36,109 nt of DNA from an uncultured Aquificales bacterium (GTDB lineage Bacteria > Thermosulfidibacterota > Thermosulfidibacteria > Thermosulfidibacterales > Thermosulfidibacteraceae). Location: the NCBI GenBank assembly GCA_964453345.1, contig CAYVOC010000010.1, positions 8,752-44,860 of the forward strand, in the 5' to 3' direction. The notes beneath the pieces are model-generated. The model saw only the letters and a program-made list of their open reading frames with translations. It did no database searches and was not told the origin of the DNA. This document shows positions 31,262 through 36,109 of this stretch, in pieces. Both the position numbers and the translations under genes were made by a program. The number at the start of each line of letters is the position of its first letter. Positions within the stretch are counted from its first letter, which is position 1.

Positions 31262-32287
31262 ATGAATCTCAGGATAAGAAACCAGATACTTAGGGCCTTG
31301 AAAAAGGAACCCATGACCTTCTGGCAGCTCATCAACAGGCAGGACGCCCACATAGTGGAATTCCTACAGACCATAAAGGAACTTCTGGCTGAGGGGTTGA
31401 TAGCCTATCAGAACCACAGATTTTACCTTGCCAAGGATGTGAACATAACCGAAGAGAAGGAGACCAAATGTTCCCTGTGCGAGGTTGGTGTGGAGATAAA
31501 GGGCTATTTCAGGGAGTTGTTTGAGGAATTTCTTGCTGTCACCAAAAACAGGCCCCTTCCCACCAGCAAATACGACCAGGGATTCATAAGGCCCATAGAC
31601 ACCATTAAGCGTCTGGCCTTCATGTATGCCAGGGGCGACATAGAGGGCATGGACATATTCATACTGGGGGATGACGATCTTCTCAGCGTCGCCATAGCCC
31701 TCACGGGAATGGCGAAGAGCATAACCGTTGTGGAGATAGACGAAAGAATAAACAGATTCATAATAGATTTCTGCGAGAAAAGGGGCATAAACAACGTCTA
31801 TGTTAAAAGATACAACGTGATAGAGGAGCTTCCCGCAGAGGCTAAGAAAAAATTTGATGTGTTCGTTACCGATCCGGTTGAGACCTACACGGGACTCTTT
31901 CTCTTTGTGGCCCGCTGCATGGAGGCCCTTAAAGGGAAGGGAAGTGCCGGCTACATGGGCTTCACCCATCTTGAGGCGTCCCTTACCAAGTGGTGGAAGT
32001 TTGAAAGATTCGTTGTGGATGCGAACATGGTCATAACCGACATCATAAGGGATTACACCTACTACCCAGAAAACGAGAACCAGTGGCGCCACTTCTACGA
32101 ATCCTACGAGATCATGAAGCAGTTTGACCTGCCCATACCGGAGGTTGACTGGTATAGATCATCCTTTGTCAGATTCGAGGCGATAGACGAAATAAAGGTT
32201 CCGGAAGTCAAGGTCCCCAGGGATCTTAACGAACTCTACTTCGACGAAGAATCCTGGGCAACCCCAGAGCCGAGGGAGGATAGGTGA
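31262..32287 (+). CDS. bpsA: Branched-chain polyamine synthase (N4-bis(aminopropyl)spermidine synthase, DUF43)
   Basis: RPLP...YDQG, GDIEG, LGDDDLLS, VVEIDER and FVTDPVET; ATG 31262 after GGAGGT. Confidence 0.88.
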   Translation: MNLRIRNQILRALKKEPMTFWQLINRQDAHIVEFLQTIKELLAEGLIAYQNHRFYLAKDVNITEEKETKCSLCEVGVEIKGYFRELFEEFLAVTKNRPLPTSKYDQGFIRPIDTIKRLAFMYARGDIEGMDIFILGDDDLLSVAIALTGMAKSITVVEIDERINRFIIDFCEKRGINNVYVKRYNVIEELPAEAKKKFDVFVTDPVETYTGLFLFVARCMEALKGKGSAGYMGFTHLEASLTKWWKFERFVVDANMVITDIIRDYTYYPENENQWRHFYESYEIMKQFDLPIPEVDWYRSSFVRFEAIDEIKVPEVKVPRDLNELYFDEESWATPEPREDR

Positions 32288-32294
32288 GTGGCAC

Positions 32295-32717
32295 ATGAGT
32301 AGGCCTGCAAATAATAGGGCCGATGGCTCGGTGTTGCTTTTTGCTTTGATAGTATCTTTAGTTTTACTTGTTGTAGCCAAGTATATGGCAGATATGATGA
32401 GTCTGCAGTTTAGGAGCAGCTATTTCTCTAAAAAAGAGTTCCAATTCTTTTCAGAAGTGGACAGTGGTATTCACGCTGTAGCGGGCTGGATGGCCTACTA
32501 TAAAAGAGACGATGTCCCGAGGGAGGTGACTGATACTGATTATTATCAGGTTGAAGTGCGTTATATAGCTGATAGGGTTCGAAGATTGCCAGGCTTTTCC
32601 GGTAACTGGCTGGGTAAAGACGAATACTTGAGGAGTGAGGGAAAGGGAAACAATCATCTTGAAATAGAAAGCATAATTTTTGTGGCTTATTCCCATGAGG
32701 GATATGGGAATGAGTAG
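32295..32717 (+). CDS. PilX-like type IV minor pilin
   Basis: Class III-like leader ...RADG|SVLLFALIVSLVLLVV with no Glu5 (as in PilX), followed by FSEVDSGI. Confidence 0.65.
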   Translation: MSRPANNRADGSVLLFALIVSLVLLVVAKYMADMMSLQFRSSYFSKKEFQFFSEVDSGIHAVAGWMAYYKRDDVPREVTDTDYYQVEVRYIADRVRRLPGFSGNWLGKDEYLRSEGKGNNHLEIESIIFVAYSHEGYGNE

Positions 32718-35700
32718 GTTTTTTAAAGTCTTTGGTTTGTTTTTTGTGGTGTTTGCTCTTGTGGGGCAGTCTTTTGCTGAGCATGTTATAAGGATAAAAA
32801 TATATAATCCCAATACAGAAAATAACTGTGATAACAAATGGTGTCAGGTTTACGTGGAAATACCGGCGAAGCTTTACATGGATAAAGGATGGTTGAGAGA
32901 GGATTTGAGAAATTTGAAATTTGTGGATCCTGATCACGGATTGGGTGATTATAAAACTCATAACGACGCTGTAGGGAGTTTCGATACGTGTTATCCCGAC
33001 AGCTCGGAACGGAATGCACTGAGCTGGTGGGTGGGACCTACTAAAAATGGTGAATTTCGGATAAATCGCCTTCCAGTCTGGTTGTTGGTCTATGATTTGG
33101 ATCCCGGTGAAACCAAGTTCATTAACATGGTTATCGGTGACCTAGATGACGAATACCATGCTAATCCCAGAGCTTTGGAGGACTTTAGAAGTGATAGTGG
33201 ATGGGATCCGGATGGTGATTGTGATGATCCCGATGAGGACATGAGGAAGTATCCGGCGAGGTTCGGTGATGATAAAGGTGATTGGGAAATTATAGGAAAG
33301 ACTGTGTTTCACTTTTTTGCGCACGGACTTTGGGGGGATTTTATTGGATGGAACAACAGTGGGGAGGCTAATTGGTCTGGATATGGAGTGCCTCAGTATG
33401 GCATAGACAATAGCGGAACCGGAAGTTTCGGTAACCCTGGTTTTTGCAATAGATGGACAGAGCACGCTCATTGTATTCCGAATCTGAAGGTTCTAATGGA
33501 CATACGCCACCATCTCGACAAATACGGAGAGTCCAGAACGGGATGGGACAATACCAATGGTGTGAATGGTGGAATAGCCGTTGATGTTCCCTTCACCCTT
33601 AGCTTCATCCTCTATTATAAGTCAACGGATGTGATAAAAAGCTGGAATCCGACTTATGCTGACTGGTATCATCACAGCGATACAGGGGATATTTTTTATG
33701 TTTATTTTTTAACACAGCTTGAAGGAAATTCTAACTGCTGGGAATGTAAATGTAATAGTACTATAAATTGTTGTGGTATAGACTGGCATACTCAGGATGG
33801 ATGGCGCTGCAGTCCAAATAGTGAAAACATTGAGTCTTTCCCTGGTTATAGATTGCGAATAGAGAAGCCCAGTCTTTGGAGAAATTATACAGATGACCAT
33901 CATTATCATAGATACTATTTGAAATTGCATCTTGAGTTTCAAAATAGCAAAAATGGAGGGTGGCAGGAGCTTGCTGAACTTGATTATCCTATAAGAGAAG
34001 AAGATGTTGATAACATAAATGGGTGGTTTCTTTACGATGCTACTAAACATTTTTTTGACATAAAGGTAGGACCGCAGAAAATATATGTGTATATCAACGG
34101 GGAAAAAATTGGAGAGGTTTCAAGAAGAGAGAATTGGAAAAAAGGCATTTTTGGGTTTGACAGAAGATACTGGGTCACTGCGGATTGGAATGACATAAAT
34201 GAAATTATGGTCAGGTCTTTCTTTAAAGAAGAACCTCGTTTTGAAGTTTATAACTACGTGGATGCTATGGTTGATGTGGACGGTAATGGAAGCTGGGTGG
34301 GTGAGGATTTGATAGAGCTTGTTCCGCAGGTGCAGGTTTCTCAATTTTTTATTGGAGGGAACACTTTAGATGATTACATTTTTGCTAAATATTCTATGGC
34401 AAAAGCTAATCAACGGGCGGAGTTTAAGATAAAAATCAGAAACAGAAATGAAAATAAGCCGGATATTGTTTTAATAAAAAGTGAGGTAGAAGCTGAACCA
34501 TCTGCGGATGATTGGTTGATTTACTGGTGTGATAAAAATGGAAATGATTGCCATCTCAATCCTCCTGCAAGTGAGACTGTTGCTGCTAATTCTGCAATTG
34601 TAAGGAGGATAAAAGTTGTTCCGTCTCCTTCGGCCCTGTTTTCAGGTGGTTATTTAAGAATAAAGCTCAAATTTACTTCTTCAAGGGATTTGATGGAGGA
34701 CAATATACAGCTTGAAGCAAAGGTCAATACAAACCTTGGTTGTTGGTGGAAATACAAGATGCCCGTAGCCATTCATTGGGGAGGCAGGGAGGGATATGAG
34801 ACTCTTTTTGATTATCAGGTGAAAATTGAGGCTATGCATGAGAAATTAAAGGAAGCTGTAGAAAATGGAGCTGATATTGTTGTTACAGACTGGTCTGGCA
34901 ATAAGATACCTTTTTATCTTAAGTCTTTTGATAAAACTAATGGAAAACTGGTTTTGTGGGCAAGAGTTCCAAAGATTGAAGAGGGGTCTAACAATAACAC
35001 AGTTTACATATGGTGGGGAAATCCTGATTTCAAAAGTTCCCTTTCCGATCCCGAAGCCACCTTTGATCTGTGGGAAACTTGGGACGATTACCCTTTAAGA
35101 GAGCGTTTTAGAGATAATAATGTGGGCTGCAACGATGGTAGTCCGGATTGCACCCCAGAAGATTTTTCCGTAAGGGATTGGAAAAATATCACAGCTTCTG
35201 GGCAAAACTACAATTGGTGGTTTGTCTCAAATAAAATGCTTTCTGTTAATCAAGATGGTTACTCAAGATCGCAGTATAACTTTGAGGATCCGGTTCTTTT
35301 GGCAGATATATATCAGCTCACGCCGCCTACTGGAGGAAGTTATCCCTATTCTGATCAATGGCCGTGTAAAGCTCCCAGGACAGTATCTGGTAGAAGCGGC
35401 TGGCATTCTTGTGAATGGGGACCCATGCTTAGGGGAGGAAGCAAAGCATGGACCCATTATGAAGTGTCCTATAGGCTAAAGATTCTGGATTCTCAATATC
35501 TGGGTGGTTCTTATCCCAATCCCATTTTCAATTCTGTGTTTGTTGAGGATTTTGGAAATGTTATGGGAATGGAGATTTTTCGAGAGCTTGGTGCTACCAA
35601 ATTTATATTTCGTCCGGTTTCTTCTGGAATTGACTGGGTATGGCAAAAGCAGGCAAAAATGGATACTGATTTGACATTAAACAGGTGGTTTACCGTGAAA

Positions 35701-36109
35701 CAGCGCGCCTTTAGACTTTCCTCCGGTCAGTTGAGGCTCTCTATGCTGATAACAGATGGAGCAGATGTTGATATTGACAATGATGCTGACTTTGAAAAAG
35801 TAGTGGATTTTGTTACCCCAAAAATATTTTCTGCTAAGCATGGTGCTATTGGTTTTTCTGGATGGGATGGAGGCTTTGTTTTTGACGACATTCGTGTGAG
35901 AAAGTATGTAACAGATGAAAACGGGAAAGAACCCCGATGCATACCAGGTGCTCCTGAAGAGTTGAATCCCAGAGGGACAATATCTCTTTCCCAACCTCAA
36001 ATTACACCCCCCTTGTTTGAGGGTAGAAGTGGTTATCTGGTTTCTGAAGCTGTTCCCTTTTCCTGGCTTGGTGATGTGAAGCTTTATTATGCAGATTGTT
36101 ATCTTGGAG
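32710..36109 (+). CDS. Large secreted adhesin, PilY1/PilC-like, with tandem DUF2341 + lectin-like modules (3'-truncated, absent from ORF track)
   Basis: Frame +1 translated by hand from ATG 32710 to the window end without a stop (1133 codons). Signal peptide MSRFFKVFGLFFVVFALVGQSFA; DUF2341-like WKYKMPV...DYQV...GADIVVTD...LWARVP...YIWWGNP; lectin-like end FDDIRVRKY. Confidence 0.8.
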   Translation, partial: MSRFFKVFGLFFVVFALVGQSFAEHVIRIKIYNPNTENNCDNKWCQVYVEIPAKLYMDKGWLREDLRNLKFVDPDHGLGDYKTHNDAVGSFDTCYPDSSERNALSWWVGPTKNGEFRINRLPVWLLVYDLDPGETKFINMVIGDLDDEYHANPRALEDFRSDSGWDPDGDCDDPDEDMRKYPARFGDDKGDWEIIGKTVFHFFAHGLWGDFIGWNNSGEANWSGYGVPQYGIDNSGTGSFGNPGFCNRWTEHAHCIPNLKVLMDIRHHLDKYGESRTGWDNTNGVNGGIAVDVPFTLSFILYYKSTDVIKSWNPTYADWYHHSDTGDIFYVYFLTQLEGNSNCWECKCNSTINCCGIDWHTQDGWRCSPNSENIESFPGYRLRIEKPSLWRNYTDDHHYHRYYLKLHLEFQNSKNGGWQELAELDYPIREEDVDNINGWFLYDATKHFFDIKVGPQKIYVYINGEKIGEVSRRENWKKGIFGFDRRYWVTADWNDINEIMVRSFFKEEPRFEVYNYVDAMVDVDGNGSWVGEDLIELVPQVQVSQFFIGGNTLDDYIFAKYSMAKANQRAEFKIKIRNRNENKPDIVLIKSEVEAEPSADDWLIYWCDKNGNDCHLNPPASETVAANSAIVRRIKVVPSPSALFSGGYLRIKLKFTSSRDLMEDNIQLEAKVNTNLGCWWKYKMPVAIHWGGREGYETLFDYQVKIEAMHEKLKEAVENGADIVVTDWSGNKIPFYLKSFDKTNGKLVLWARVPKIEEGSNNNTVYIWWGNPDFKSSLSDPEATFDLWETWDDYPLRERFRDNNVGCNDGSPDCTPEDFSVRDWKNITASGQNYNWWFVSNKMLSVNQDGYSRSQYNFEDPVLLADIYQLTPPTGGSYPYSDQWPCKAPRTVSGRSGWHSCEWGPMLRGGSKAWTHYEVSYRLKILDSQYLGGSYPNPIFNSVFVEDFGNVMGMEIFRELGATKFIFRPVSSGIDWVWQKQAKMDTDLTLNRWFTVKQRAFRLSSGQLRLSMLITDGADVDIDNDADFEKVVDFVTPKIFSAKHGAIGFSGWDGGFVFDDIRVRKYVTDENGKEPRCIPGAPEELNPRGTISLSQPQITPPLFEGRSGYLVSEAVPFSWLGDVKLYYADCYLG

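Noticed and set aside
32428-36000. The many short ORFs listed in the last 3.6 kb
   Set aside because: All are antisense or off-frame to the single long open frame starting at 32710.

Overview
This is a gene-dense core-chromosome window from a thermophilic, flagellated Gram-negative bacterium, inferred from LptD, the branched-chain polyamine synthase BpsA and a GroEL without a GGM tail. From left to right it contains: a partial coiled-coil repeat protein; a sigma28-type flagellin; dedA; a ccsA-hemA-hemC-nnr-argB-tmk operon; folK; tRNA-Sec; a DUF5684/GGDEF/lipoprotein operon; CIRCE-groES-groEL; rpsT; cdaR-like-glmM-pdxJ-pgpA-lptD-thiI-like; mutS behind tRNA-Lys and tRNA-Glu; a sigma54-type Asp-box protein gene; and a long hrcA-grpE-dnaJ...usp-bpsA-pilX-like run. 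That run ends in a >1133-codon AT-rich PilY1-like adhesin ORF that is missing from the ORF track. The most striking item is a 739-bp integrase-free mini-island at the 3' end of the tRNA-Sec gene. It is bounded by a perfect 61-bp direct repeat of the tRNA 3' part and carries only an AbrB-type antitoxin/PIN toxin (vapBC) pair, positioned as a tRNA 3' trailer. Other oddities are a ThiI-like enzyme lacking its THUMP domain, a probable ATT start codon for the cdaR-like gene (with no cdaA upstream), and a perfect hairpin burying the flagellin ribosome-binding site. All family calls come from motif recognition by eye; no searches were run.
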